64,000 bases of DNA, taken from the NCBI GenBank assembly GCA_918797485.1, contig CAKKNE010000003.1:744001-808000 (forward strand), read 5' to 3'. Position 1 is the first letter of the stretch, and every line of letters starts with the position of its first letter. Positions 20,792 through 32,660 of this stretch are shown piece after piece. The DNA comes from Pelagomonas calceolata (lineage: Eukaryota). A program made the position numbers and the translations under genes. The notes under the pieces were generated by a model that was not told the DNA's origin, did no database searches, and saw only the letters and a list, made by a program, of their open reading frames with translations.

Positions 20792-23700
20792 ATGGCGGAA
20801 TACACAATAGTGGCAAAAGAGCCAGACGGCGACGCGGACAGCCTCTCTCTGCAAGGCGCATTCCTCACTAACACGTCAAATGAGAGCGAAGACGGCACCG
20901 GCGGCAGCGGCCGCCTGAACAACAACCAACTAGCGATCGTCGCCACGCACCGCGGCGCCGACGCGTCAATGATAGCGAGGGCCTGTATTGATGATCCAAA
21001 CGTGCTGCCCTGCCTCGCGAGAAAGGGCACCACAACAACACACCCGCAGCTCACGTCCTTAAGACGTATACTAAGGGCCAAGGCCGGGTGCCTGCGGTCG
21101 GCGGCTTTGGCGGTCCGATGCGGCGGCCCGCGCGCCGCTCTGGACCTGAGACTGCGCTTTTTGGTATATCAGGTCTTCAAGGCCGTCCAGAAACTGGGAC
21201 AGATAGGCGAGCTCTCGGCCAGAACGGTCTTCGTGACGGACGACGCCTGGTGCCGCGTCCTCCCGACCATAGCCATGCCGCGACCGCCCACGACGGCGTC
21301 GCCGACATCACGATGGGTCGACGGAAGCTTGTCGACCTTCGACTATTTACTCATACTAAACCGGGCCGCCGGCCGAAGTACCGCGTTAACCAATGACCAC
21401 TACGTCTTCCCCTGGGTCTCGGACTTTTCCGTGAAGCATGGTGGCTGGCGTGATTTATCAAAGACGAAGTTCAGAATAGCCAAGGGCGACGAGTTATTGG
21501 ATAGAACTTATCAAGTAAGCAAGCATCACGTGAGCGACCCGGGCCTCTCGGATTTAGCACTGTGCATCTACCTGGCTCGTAGAGCACCCTTGTCGGTCCT
21601 CAAAAGCGTTGTTCGTACCAATTTTGTCCCGGAGCACTACCCTGCGACCGTCGAACGACTGTACGCGTGGTCGCCCGACGAATGTATTCCCGAGTTCTAT
21701 TGCGACGCGAGCGTCTTCGCCTCTTCCAACGAATTGAAGGACCTCGAGGTGCCCTCGTGGTGTGCATCTCCAGAAGATTTCGTGAGGTACCATCGGGAGT
21801 TGCTAGAAAGTCAAGAAGTGTCGAAACACATACACCTCTGGATCGACCTCACGTTCGGCATCAATGCGACGGGCCCGGCGTCCATCCGCGAGCGGAACTG
21901 CCCCCTCGTCGTCAAGGGCGACGCCTACCGCGGTTCCAAAGTGTCTACGTCGTCGCCGGGCGCGGCTCGTTTATTTTCCGTGCCGCATCCTCGACGGGCC
22001 GTATCACAACCGGAGAAGCTCGAGGGCGTGTCCATCCTCGAAACGTACTTGGATGGAACGGCGACGTCCGGGAAAGCGCATACGTCATTGAGACAGTTTT
22101 CGGATAGAGACGCAATTGAAAGTGTAGACGCCTGCCTCACGGAGTGTTCTTCTCCAACAACTACTCCGGAGAAGTGCGCCGCCCTCCTACGAAGCGTCTA
22201 CGGCTTCGGCGACGAGCAGGCCGTGTTAGCGCCGGCGCCGTCTTCCGCATTACGAATCGCGGCCGCGCTCGCCACCAATAGCATGGACGTTGGTGAAGCG
22301 TTACAAGATACGGACTTCTTCCCCGCTTCGTTTAATGAGGCCCACGCCGTCGGTGCTGCCATCGAAGGCGCTTGCGACAAAGGCCGTGCGACATTATCTT
22401 CTCTGGACGCGTTCTCGAACCTAGAATTCGCCGGGGCGTTGCTCGTGCTGCCGCAGATGCTCCAAGGTCTCGAAACCAACATGAGCGCCTCAAATCTAGC
22501 CACGGTCGTCGACGTGATGGGAAGCAAGGTCGGCGCGTCGATCGCTTACGACGTGCTCGCGCCGCGCGTCGCGTCATTTATTGAAAGAAGGAAGGCCGAC
22601 GCGGCCTTCCTCAAGGACGCATCTCAAGTCGTGGCGTCTCTACACAAGCGCGCGGGGCCGCGGTCCATCGCACTCGTGCTGCCGTCGCTCCTCGACGCGT
22701 CGCGAAGGTCCATGGAAGCGACGACGCTCCTCACGCGTCTCATCGACGCCCTCGGGCCCTGTTTGACGGCTCGATTCGTGCTCCCGGCGCTCGTCGCCGA
22801 TATCGAAAGGCCCGAGCTCGACGCGAACGACGGCCGCGCGAAGGCCATCGTGTCGCTCTGCGAGACGCTCACTCCCGAGGCCGCGGCGCCTTTGATTCTA
22901 GATCCTTTGTTGAACCCGCGCGGCCGCCTCGCGCAGCTCGAAGGTGAAATAGGCGGCGCGTCGACGCAGTCGCGGCGCGCGCTGACAGAAGTTGTATCTG
23001 TGTTGAAAGCACTGGTGGGCCGCGTCGCGCAGGAGACCGTTACCAGATTTTATGTGGACCTGCCTCCGTCGCCTCTACCGTCATTGTTAAGCTGCCTGAC
23101 GCCGTCGCCGGACGCCATTGTTTCTTCTGACGACCCGTTCGCCGTCGCGGCGGAAGCACGGCGCTGCTTGGACGACGTCGCGGAGCTCATTGCGTTAATA
23201 GCGATGGCTCTTGGTGCGCAACTAACCTGTGAAAAGTTATTACCTGATGTGGATCGGTTTTTTGCCCAGCTCGTACCTCTACGAAGGGCCCCTTCTGCAG
23301 CCGCGGCAGCCCTGGCGTCGGACGTCGCCGCCGGTTTGTATGCGCCCTTATCCGCTTTATGTGGCGTCGAGGAAGCTCGATTGAGATGCCCGTCCTACCA
23401 GCGGCTGGCCAAGGACACTGTAATGCCCCCGACGCCGCCGCCGCCACCTAGAAGAAGGGAGTCGAATCTGGTAGCAGACGCCTTAAACGCGGGCGCCGAC
23501 TGGCTCCAGCGCCAGGGCGAACATTTGCGGACGCCGCAGCCCCCAACAAAGCAGGGCTCACCTGTGTTATCGCGGACGAAGGGCATGGAGCTCTCGGCGC
23601 TACGCGACGCGCGCGAGGAGTCGTCTGATGAAGATGTGCCGGCGAGTCCCATGACGTCGGGGTCGATCACCGACGACCGGTTGTGGTTGTTACCGAGGGG

Positions 23701-24903
23701 CCGACCTTTATTAGATGAGAGGCCGTGGGAGGGTGTGGACGAGCCTTACAAGTTTGGTTTTCGGTTAGCAGCAACGCCGTTGATGGATACGGCTGCGACG
23801 TCATCATCAGTACTGTGTGTGGATCCTCTGGAATCGACCGTACTATGCGGCGGCCGCGACGGCATCGTGAGGGTGTGGTCGCTGCGGCAGCACCCGCCCA
23901 AATTGGAGGGGGGGCACAAGTCCGGCGGCTCAATACGCTCCCTGTGTTGTCTGGACGGGGACGGTTCTTCTCTAAAAGCCGTGTCTTCCGATGGCCTCCA
24001 AGTGGATTACTGGGACGTCGGGCGCGCCGCGACGATTGAGAGAAGGGCCTTTGAGAAGCGGTCGATTGTCGACCTTTGTCCGGTCGCTCTCGGATATGGG
24101 CCGGGCGGCGCCTTTGAGGCCGGAAGATGCGCGAGGCAGCTAGTGGTGCTGGGCGAGGGCCAGAGCATGAATCGAATTTTCGCGGCTCACCCGACTCACT
24201 GATTGATTTGCGCACAGGCGAGCGCGTGCTCTCGGTCGTCGACGCGCGGGGTCCACCTACATTAACCGCGGCGGAGTGGCCTTTATCTTTCTCTGGAGAC
24301 CGCGAGGTCGTGGAATCGAGTTCGCCGCTCGGCGAGCGCGTCGTCTCGCCCGTGAACGCGCGCGCGACGAGCTGCTGTTGTTCTCCAGACGGCGCCTGGG
24401 TCGCCACTGCGAGCGACCAAGGGCACATTGTCGTGACTGATAGAAGGGCGGGTAGATACAGGACGTCGTTCCGAGCCCACGGCGCGGGCGTCGTGTGCGT
24501 CAAAGCGGCGTCTCGCCACGAGATCTTCACGGTGGCGTCCGACGGCTCCGCGGCCCTCTGGCGCCTCACTGGTTCAATACCTAAGCCGGTCTGCGTCCTG
24601 CGCGGGCTCCCAAACTACGGAAGCGGCTTGCGATCCTCAAACGTATCCATTAATGCATGCATGAAGCCCAAGCCAGCGCTGCAAGTTCTGGTCGCGCGCG
24701 GCCACAAGGCGGTGTCCCTGGCGCTGCCCCTGGGCAAGTCGACGCCTTTGAATCCGATCGACTGCTCGCGGCGCCTCTTCGTCGACGTCCACGGCCAGAG
24801 GATCCCTCGCGGGCACCTGAACGTGGAGGCGTGCGCGTCGCTGCCGGCGCGGCGCGTCGTGCTGCTCGGGTGCGAGGACGGGCGCGTGCGCGTGGCGGCT
24901 TGA
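20792..24903 (+). CDS. BEACH plus WD40 protein (WDR81-like), 2 exons (20792-24152, 24218-24903)
   Basis: BEACH motifs WVDGSLSTFDYLLILNRAAGR, VFPWVSDF, ECIPEFY and HLWIDLTFG; C-terminal WD40 repeats. Confidence 0.85.
24153..24217 (+). mobile_element. Introner-type GC-AG intron (65 bp)
   Basis: TSD GCGAGGGC/GCGAGCGC (7/8); 3' end CCCGACTCACTGATTGATTTGCGCACAG; joins VVLG|ERVL. Confidence 0.9.
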
Positions 24904-25104
24904 TAGTTAAGTGTTGTTTTGGTTGTATCCTTGCCTTTCTTATCCGTGTCACGCTTCCGCTTGACCCGCACGGCACGCTATTCAAACAATCTGGAACAAC
25001 TCAAAATCGGCAGCTCTGGCACGCAAGTACTGCTGCTAATTGCAAGTCCGAGCCTACGCGCACGTATTTGTGCTGCCCGCGCCGCAAACAGCCTAGCTGC
25101 ACCC

Positions 25105-26655
25105 ATGTCTCGCTGGGTGCTGGTGACGCGGGACCAATGCCCACCTGAAAATACACCGCTCGTCTCGTCCGTCGGCGAGCTGGCACAAGATGCAGCGCGC
25201 ATCGACGAATGGAAAGCCAAGGCTTCGGCGTCGTTCCCCGGCCGCGACGCGAGCTTCGACGACAAGCTAAAGTGGTACCACTCGTTCAACGACTCCGCCT
25301 GGGATGATTTCATGGCGGGAGCACCCGAGCCACCAGAGTATGTGCCAGCTGTTCTCCTCGACGCGTGCGACGACAGCGTGGAGCTACAGCTCATCATTAA
25401 GCGGGGCGAAGCGTCCCTGTTGAACAAGATCGACGATGAGTCGAAGGCCAAATTCATGGCGTCGGCCGAGCGCGTGCGCGGCGAACCGCTGCGGCAGCGC
25501 ATCCTCAATAAAGCCAGATCTACGGAAAAAGGCCTTGCCGCATACGTCGAGTGGCTCGCGGATGAGAACGGTGCCCCTAGTTGCGAGATGCGCTCGAAGA
25601 CTGATCCGAAACCTGTCCCGCTGCTCCACTCCCACGTCGGCCGCGAGCCGTTCGACGACGTGGTCGTCGCGGCGACAACTGTCGCCAAAGGAGACTGCGC
25701 GGAAAGCGCCATCAGGGGGTTAATGCGGGACGCCGGCCTGTACGGAGGTGTCATGGCGCCGGCTATCACGTCGGACTGGTCGATCATCGTCCACAACGCG
25801 GGCGACGGCGTGGAAAAAGTCGGCGAGCACGTGTTCTACGTCGACAAGCGGGGCAAGTGCTGCGTCGCGTTGGAGCTGCAAATCTCGACGGGCGAGAGCG
25901 AATCGAAGAAGCCGCACGAGATGAAGTTTCACGACGACTGCAAGGCCCTCGGGCAGGCGCACGCGGACAAGACGGTCCTGACGATGGGCGCCGACCCCAA
26001 GGACAAGGGGAACAAGTCCGACACCGCGGAGCCTAAAGCGGAGTGGCCAGACTCGGATTCCTCCGACGAGTCCGAGGACGCCGCGGACGAGATGAGCAAG
26101 CCGCCGGTGCAGGCCCTATGGCTGCCCAAATTTTACGACGGCGAGCGCAAAAGAATGTTCGCTCACGTGCACCGCGGCGCGGGCGAGACGACCAGTATTA
26201 AGCAAAGATTGCAGAAGGGCAACACGGACACGGGCAACGTCAAATTTGGTATTGTCGAGGCGGAGTGGGACTGGCTGCAGAAACGCTTCAAGGGCGACGC
26301 CGACCGCGAGCAGAAGTACTTCTGCGGCTTACTGGCGCTCACGCACGCGATGTGCGCCTCGGACCACTGGATGTACGACAACGAGTGCTGGGAGGAAATC
26401 TCCGATTTCTGCAAAAAACTCGCGGCAAAGTGGCGCGAGCACCTCAAGAAGGATGAAGCGGCGCTGGGTCTAGGCCTCGACGGCGCCGGCGCGGCCCACA
26501 CGCCGGCCGCGTCCAAGAAAGCCCTTGTTCGGTTGCTCAATTGGTTCAAGACGCGCATCGAGGCCCATCCGGACACCGACTACAAGTTCTCGCTAGCGAC
26601 GCGGAAGCGCCGCGCGGACGCCGGAATGCCCAAGGCGAAGAAGGCGAAGAAGTGA
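25105..26655 (+). CDS. Uncharacterised protein (516 aa) with a basic C-terminal tail
   Basis: Long ORF with likely start MSRWVLV; ends RKRR...KAKKAKK, which is NLS-like. Confidence 0.7.
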   Translation: MSRWVLVTRDQCPPENTPLVSSVGELAQDAARIDEWKAKASASFPGRDASFDDKLKWYHSFNDSAWDDFMAGAPEPPEYVPAVLLDACDDSVELQLIIKRGEASLLNKIDDESKAKFMASAERVRGEPLRQRILNKARSTEKGLAAYVEWLADENGAPSCEMRSKTDPKPVPLLHSHVGREPFDDVVVAATTVAKGDCAESAIRGLMRDAGLYGGVMAPAITSDWSIIVHNAGDGVEKVGEHVFYVDKRGKCCVALELQISTGESESKKPHEMKFHDDCKALGQAHADKTVLTMGADPKDKGNKSDTAEPKAEWPDSDSSDESEDAADEMSKPPVQALWLPKFYDGERKRMFAHVHRGAGETTSIKQRLQKGNTDTGNVKFGIVEAEWDWLQKRFKGDADREQKYFCGLLALTHAMCASDHWMYDNECWEEISDFCKKLAAKWREHLKKDEAALGLGLDGAGAAHTPAASKKALVRLLNWFKTRIEAHPDTDYKFSLATRKRRADAGMPKAKKAKK

Positions 26656-26704
26656 GCGATCCCGACCGGTAGACCTGGGGAGGGATAAAATTCATGAATG
26701 ATCA

Positions 26705-28213
26705 CTAAACTTTAGGCGGCCGGATCCCGTCCTCGGCCCAGGACGGCTCCGGCTCCGTGGGGGGCGTCGACGCCCAGGAGGGCAGCCCGCTGGTCGACGC
26801 GGCGCCGCCCCAGGCGTTCCGCCGCGCGCGCGGCGAGTGGTCGCCGGTAGGCGAGTGCGCCCACGCCGGCGCGTCGTCGTTGTTGGAGATGCCCTGCGGC
26901 CGTGTCGGCGTCGGTGCCGGCGCCGGCACGGGGTCCGGCGCCTCGGCGGCCTCCAGCGGCGCGTCCGAGTCGGACTCGGGGACGGTGGCAGGCGACTCGG
27001 GCGACGCAGGTGCTTCGCCGTTTTTGCGCCACGTGTCGATCAGCTTGCGCGAGCCCGGCGGCGGCGGCGGCCACATGTCGCTGGCGGCCGGCGATGCCGG
27101 TGCCGCCTTGGCCGCGCCGGAGGCATGCGCCTGCTCTAACAGGTCCGCCCCGTCCCGCGCGGCGCGGGCCTGGTCCGCGACGAGCGCCGCGACGAGCGTC
27201 GACCACTTGTCCGGAAACGAGGCCACGAACGCAGACGCGTCGTGCGCGAAGCGCCGCGACGCGTTGTCCACGACACTTTCGATGGCGTTGCGTCTAGCTG
27301 TATCACTATCGACGTCGCGCTGCGACTTCGAGAAGGCCCGCGCGGCCGTCGACTTCTCTTTCGAGGATGCAAAAGATTCTCTGGAAGCTTCCAGGATGCC
27401 CTCGGCGGCGGCCAGGCGATCCCGCAACGTCTGGACCGTGGCCGCCGCGTCTCTTAGTGAACCCACTTGATGTTTTAGGTCGCGAAAGGCCCACGACGCG
27501 GACACGACGCCGGCCGCGGCGTCGTCGTCTCTAGGGTTCAGCAAGACACCACCGGTAGCTAGCAAGTGCGCCGTCTCCTTCGTCGCTTTCCGAATGGCTC
27601 TTTCGGCCTTCGTCGCTCTAGCTATTGCGTCATCTAACATCTTTTCCTTGCTGAGGCACCAGCGCCGCGCGTCCTCAACGTCTTTTTTGACGTCGCTCCC
27701 GTAGAAGGTCGCCGTCGTCGTGGCTCGTACCGCGACGTCGCTCCCAATATGCGACGCGTTTCTTACTGACCGTGTGATCTCTCGCTGTAGTAAAAATTCC
27801 ACGAGTAGTTGAGAGGGCCCCAGTTCTTCATGTTGCAAACACCGTTCGATGAACGTCTTTGCTGCCTGGGCTCCTCGGCCCGCATCCGACGCGTCGCCTA
27901 CTGGTGGTACGACAGCTCCTGGATAATGTACGGACAGAGCATGCGCTAATGCTTGTAAATCGGCCGGCGTCCTCTCCACGGCAGGCGGCGAGACGTCGCG
28001 TTTCCCGTCTCGTATGACGGTAGACGACACGTAGAAGGGGCAGGGACCATAAACCAAGGGTCTGTGTTCACTAAACGCAACAACCACTTCGGCGACGGTA
28101 GCACCGGTACAGTCATACGGCGGCTCAGCTTCACCTAACCCGAAGTACTCCATGGTGTCGTCGCGCGTCGGCTCGTGCGCGGCGACGACGCCGAGGGCGA
28201 CGCACGCGATCAT
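26705..28213 (-). CDS. Divergent PX-BAR (sorting nexin-like) protein
   Basis: PX-like VERTPADLQALAHALSVHYPGAVVPP...FIERCLQHEEL, followed by a helical BAR-like region. Confidence 0.6.
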   Translation of the reverse strand: MIACVALGVVAAHEPTRDDTMEYFGLGEAEPPYDCTGATVAEVVVAFSEHRPLVYGPCPFYVSSTVIRDGKRDVSPPAVERTPADLQALAHALSVHYPGAVVPPVGDASDAGRGAQAAKTFIERCLQHEELGPSQLLVEFLLQREITRSVRNASHIGSDVAVRATTTATFYGSDVKKDVEDARRWCLSKEKMLDDAIARATKAERAIRKATKETAHLLATGGVLLNPRDDDAAAGVVSASWAFRDLKHQVGSLRDAAATVQTLRDRLAAAEGILEASRESFASSKEKSTAARAFSKSQRDVDSDTARRNAIESVVDNASRRFAHDASAFVASFPDKWSTLVAALVADQARAARDGADLLEQAHASGAAKAAPASPAASDMWPPPPPGSRKLIDTWRKNGEAPASPESPATVPESDSDAPLEAAEAPDPVPAPAPTPTRPQGISNNDDAPAWAHSPTGDHSPRARRNAWGGAASTSGLPSWASTPPTEPEPSWAEDGIRPPKV

Positions 28214-28632
28214 GCAGCGCGGGCTGCGTTCGTTTGGCCCCGGGCGGTGGAGCGGCGCGGAGGCGCTACCGCACGGAGCCCTTGAGAGCTACCTGGGGTC
28301 CAGGCTGGGGAAGGCAAACAAACGGAACTGCGCAGGTGCCGAGACAGCAGCGGGCTCAGCAGCGGGAGAAGGGTCGCGGCGGCAGCGTGTTATGCGGCTG
28401 CCCCCCCCGGGATTTGGATCTGTGCGGCGTGCAGAGAGACAGCACCAGTCCCAGTCGAGGAGAACGAGGGTTTTTCCTCAGCACGGCTCGGCGCGCGGCG
28501 CCGCGGGGAGTCGTGGGCGTACGGGGTGCGGGGGTTTGGCCGACGCTTCACGAAATATCGAGCCTAGAGCTCTTAGCTAGCGCGCAGCTGAGACTGCCAC
28601 TTGGCAAGCATTTAACACCTAGCACTGCTGCA

Positions 28633-29205
28633 ATGTGGCCGCTTGGAACTAGCGCTGCCGAAGAGGTCTCGGCCAATGCCGCTCTCATTTCTATCGATGT
28701 CCCTGCTGACTACAAGTGGGTGTTGCTGGCCCTAGTTGGCATGCAGCCAGCGTAGCACTCGCGCGTCGCGCGCATCGATCGCTGGCGCTCGCGCGTCGCT
28801 CGCATGGCTCACCACGCACGCACAGGCGTCTTCTTCGCCAACCAGTACCTCGTCGTCGGCGTCATGCAGGCGCGCAAGAAGTACGGCATCAAGTACCCGA
28901 ACCTCTACGCGCCGCCGGGCCACAAGAACGAAGAGGCGTTCAACTGCGCCCAGCGGGCGCACCAGAACACGGTGGAGAGCATGCCTCTATTTTTAGTGAA
29001 GCTCGTCCTCGTGGGATTGTTCTACCCGCTCTTCGCCGCGAGCTGCGGCGGCCTCTGGAGCGTGGGCCGCATTTTATATGGATACGGCTACAAAACAAAG
29101 GGCCCGGACGGCCGGTTGATCGGAAGCCTGATCTCGCACCTCGGCGACCTCCCTTTGCAAATCGCCGTCTTCAAGCTCTGCTACGTCGCGTTCACGACGT
29201 GGTAA
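28633..29205 (+). CDS. MGST3: MAPEG family microsomal glutathione S-transferase 3-like, 2 exons (28633-28738, 28826-29205)
   Basis: ARKKYGIKYPNLYA, FNCAQRAHQNTVE and GRILYGYGY. GC-AG intron 28739-28825 removes an in-frame stop. Confidence 0.9.
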
Positions 29206-29317
29206 GGGGGCGCTTGACAGCCATCGACGTGGGCGGAGGGCACCACGGGAGGCATGTGACACAAGTAAGTATTCTGTACTAAGCCCCGACCGCAGACGCA
29301 ACACAAAACGATAAATG

Positions 29318-32257
29318 CTAGCTACTCTTACCCGGCCGCCGCTTGTAGAACAAGACGTAGGCCTTCGGGTCCGACGGCACGACGCCGTCCGCGCGCGACA
29401 CGACGGAGTCGTTGTAGTGGTACCACACACCAGTGTTGTCGTCTTTGGCCGTGGCCGTATAGTGTCCTCCGCCCAACCCGCCTGAATGCTCGGAAACAGC
29501 ATACAAGTCGTACTGTGCTGACCGTCGCGATTCGGGATCCAACACACACGGCGACAGGTCCAGATTCTCGACTGGAAACGCTACTCTATCATCCAACTTC
29601 TGGCGATGCACGAAGTACGTGTTCTGCGCGTACTGGAACCGCTTCAAATGCAATATGAGTATCTCCGGCGCCGACCACAAATCCAGCTTCTTATACGCTC
29701 TCTGGTGCTCTTTACACTTGCCGCAGTACCACATCTCCGTCTCGCCCAGTTGTTCCTTTTCCGCGAATTTCCGGAAACAGTCCACCAAGTTGATATCTCT
29801 ATGACCGTTTTCCGCACACGACGCATGCTCCTCGACCTTATCGCTCTCATCTTCGTCGTAACCCTCGTCGCTCTTGAACTCGAGCGTTAACGTCGCGACT
29901 TCTTTTGGCAGGAGCTCGTCATCCTTCCCTAAGTCGGACTCGAAGCGCGTCCCGGCGGCGGTTGAGATTTTCAGGGAATAAGACGCCTCGTCGCAAAAAC
30001 GCTTCGTGCACTGTCGCACTACGTTTCTTACCTCTCCACAAGTTGTGGTGGATGTCACAGCTATGCGGAGAGGCCTCCCGAACAACTCGTAAGGAGACTG
30101 CCTATCCGCCGAGGCATACCGCGACACCCGACCACAAAGCACATCAATAGCCCTATCTCTCTCCCCAAGCTCAAACGCAACTAATTCGTCATTCGCCTTG
30201 ATGTGCTCCACGGAAAAATTATCGGAAAAGGTCCGGTACACTCGATGGCCCCACACGTCACATAAGTCGAGGGCGGAGCCATCCAGTGAAGCGACCTTGG
30301 CCAATGCTTGTTTGAGAGCACCAACCGTGTCTTTCGACTGCACGGCCACAATGACCTTCAGCGGTCGTTGCGAGGAGTGCTTCTTGAACAGCGTACACGT
30401 GACGCGTCGCGCGCCCGCGGCCGGTAACGGCAGAGAAATATGATTGTACGGGTCAAATAAAATGGACTCGTGGCCGCACTTGTCGCACGTGATGTGGGAC
30501 TTCAATTGGCCCATGCAGTGGTCCATGACCACCGACTTGTTCCTTAATCCAAAACGCCGCCACGATTCCTTCGCGAGCTCATGATCCGGTTCGCCCTTGC
30601 TCTCGAGTTGCTCGACGTACGGCTTCTGGATGATCTCGTTCAGGTCCTCGTGCAAGCCATCCAACAAGGCCATCATGAGCTCCTGGGAATCCTGCTGCTG
30701 GTAGCCGCTGAATTGGGACTTCCATCCTGACACAGCTCTTTTTAATGCTGAGGGTGTTACCGTAGAGTAGCTACCACTCCAAGCGTCTCGGATGAACGAA
30801 GCGTAGGCCCTCGCGAGGTCGCCGCCAGACCCGAGCGGGTTCTTCTCGTTGATTTGTCGGACGTAGAACGGCTCGCCCTCCTCATCCCGTAAAAAGTAAT
30901 CGGTGAGCGGCCTCGTATGCGACAGACACTGCAACATCGAATTCATGAAGCACGTATTACCTAGATTCTGGAGACCGACGGCGCCTCGCGCCGGCGGCTG
31001 GCCGCGGACATGTGAGCGACCAGGCCTCGCGCTCGACGAATAAGATCGTGCAAAGGGCTTCGGGTCGCGCTCCGCTTTTATATGGGTGCCTAGTTTACAG
31101 ATGTGCTCCGACGACGTCTCGAGCCACTGCCTGTCGACGTTCGGCGTGTGCGAGGACACCAGGACTCGAGACCCGTCGACCTCCTTCACGAAGCCCTTGT
31201 ACCACAGGGCCTTCTCCCCCGGTCCCCGCATTTCCAGGGCGTCGCCGACCTTCAACCGGCGCCAGTCGTCCGTGTGCGTCAAATGCGGCTGGATCGACTC
31301 GTCCTTGCGGTCGACCCACGAGTCCCATCTTGAAGACCAGCCGTTGTAGTGGACCTTGACCCGGTCGCGGTCCACCTCCACGATCCTCGAATCGAACCAC
31401 CTGCCTTCGCTATCTTTGGCGTCGATGACGTCGCCCACGCGGATGTGCGCGCGCCACTTCTCCCGCTGCAGATCTCGGGGCCACTCACCCGAGGTTCGAG
31501 ATTCGACCAGGGCGCCCCAGCGCGGACATTCGCGATCTTCGTGGATCGAGGGAATCCCACCGACCATCGCGTCCCGATCACCTTCCAACAATCTCCAGTC
31601 GCTGTCGCCCCAGAAGTCAGCTTTCAAGGATCGCGGCGCTCCTGTTTTTTCACCTTCAAAAGATTCATCAGAAGCGGGCTTGACCCACACTCGTCGTTCT
31701 CCTCTTCCTGTTACAGCGTCCTCGAGTGCGCGTCTGGCGCTGCTTACCTTGTCCGACCTCGATAACTGTACACTGTTCGAAGGGCCAGACGCGGCACCGT
31801 CCTCGGACACGATTCTAACATCAAATCGCAACGGGAAGACCTCCAGGGTCAAATCCGACGATGAGGCGCCTTGGACCACTAGGGCCTTGAATTCATAATC
31901 GCGGCCGTACCACCTCGTCAGAAGGTCCCAGGCCCGTTCCGGCAATAAGGCGTAGTCGTCCCGCTCTACCAGTCCTTCTCGCAGGATGAATTCGCTGCCC
32001 GCGGAGACGCCGAGCGGTTCGTTGGTTATCGGTCCAGGGCCCTCCTCCACACTACTGGTTCGTGTCAACGACAACCCCGCAAGATCCAAGGATGAAGAAG
32101 AATCACTTTTCTCGTAGGCGACGTGCTGGCGCCACGCGGCCCACCACTTTTGTGAAAGCACATAGTAGACGTCGCCTAACCTTTGACGCTCGGGTCCATC
32201 TAATACATCTTTGACGGCGCGGCGCTGCTCGGTCGTGGGCGGGGGTGATCCGGGCAT
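29318..32257 (-). CDS. USP4/11/15-family deubiquitinase: DUSP, UBL, two Tudor/Agenet-like repeats, USP domain
   Basis: DUSP (YYVLSQKWW, PGPITN); Cys box GLQNLGNTCFMNS; QQDSQE; His box HSGGLGGGHYTA; AYVLFY. Confidence 0.92.
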   Translation of the reverse strand: MPGSPPPTTEQRRAVKDVLDGPERQRLGDVYYVLSQKWWAAWRQHVAYEKSDSSSSLDLAGLSLTRTSSVEEGPGPITNEPLGVSAGSEFILREGLVERDDYALLPERAWDLLTRWYGRDYEFKALVVQGASSSDLTLEVFPLRFDVRIVSEDGAASGPSNSVQLSRSDKVSSARRALEDAVTGRGERRVWVKPASDESFEGEKTGAPRSLKADFWGDSDWRLLEGDRDAMVGGIPSIHEDRECPRWGALVESRTSGEWPRDLQREKWRAHIRVGDVIDAKDSEGRWFDSRIVEVDRDRVKVHYNGWSSRWDSWVDRKDESIQPHLTHTDDWRRLKVGDALEMRGPGEKALWYKGFVKEVDGSRVLVSSHTPNVDRQWLETSSEHICKLGTHIKAERDPKPFARSYSSSARPGRSHVRGQPPARGAVGLQNLGNTCFMNSMLQCLSHTRPLTDYFLRDEEGEPFYVRQINEKNPLGSGGDLARAYASFIRDAWSGSYSTVTPSALKRAVSGWKSQFSGYQQQDSQELMMALLDGLHEDLNEIIQKPYVEQLESKGEPDHELAKESWRRFGLRNKSVVMDHCMGQLKSHITCDKCGHESILFDPYNHISLPLPAAGARRVTCTLFKKHSSQRPLKVIVAVQSKDTVGALKQALAKVASLDGSALDLCDVWGHRVYRTFSDNFSVEHIKANDELVAFELGERDRAIDVLCGRVSRYASADRQSPYELFGRPLRIAVTSTTTCGEVRNVVRQCTKRFCDEASYSLKISTAAGTRFESDLGKDDELLPKEVATLTLEFKSDEGYDEDESDKVEEHASCAENGHRDINLVDCFRKFAEKEQLGETEMWYCGKCKEHQRAYKKLDLWSAPEILILHLKRFQYAQNTYFVHRQKLDDRVAFPVENLDLSPCVLDPESRRSAQYDLYAVSEHSGGLGGGHYTATAKDDNTGVWYHYNDSVVSRADGVVPSDPKAYVLFYKRRPGKSS

Positions 32258-32660
32258 CGCTTGGCCACCGCTGCGCCGGCGTCGGCGGCGTCGCTCGTGC
32301 TGGCCTCACTAATGAGATGCACACGTAGCGCTGCAGCACTCTTGCAGTTCTGGCAGTTTAGCCAGTGTGTCGCCGCTCTTTCAGGCGTCACTGGCTGCAA
32401 GCCGCAGCGCTGGGTCGAGCGTCGCCGCGTGCAATTACCAGCAAAAGTTGGGCCTCGATTTTCAGTATACCCGCACGTTATAATAGACTGTTCATCCGTC
32501 CTACAACGACCGGTATAATGACGAAGAGGACCCGCACCAGACAGTTCGCGGCAAAAGCCCCAATTCCTTCCCAAGTTCTCGAGCCGCCTCGCCTCTCCAG
32601 AAACAGGGCAGCCTAAACACAGCACCCGGACGCCGCCGACGCAGCCGAGGCAGCGCAGCC

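Noticed and set aside
24901..26655. Other TGA stops as possible selenocysteine codons
   Set aside because: None lies in a redox motif with a continuing conserved frame or has a SECIS-like hairpin that I could see.
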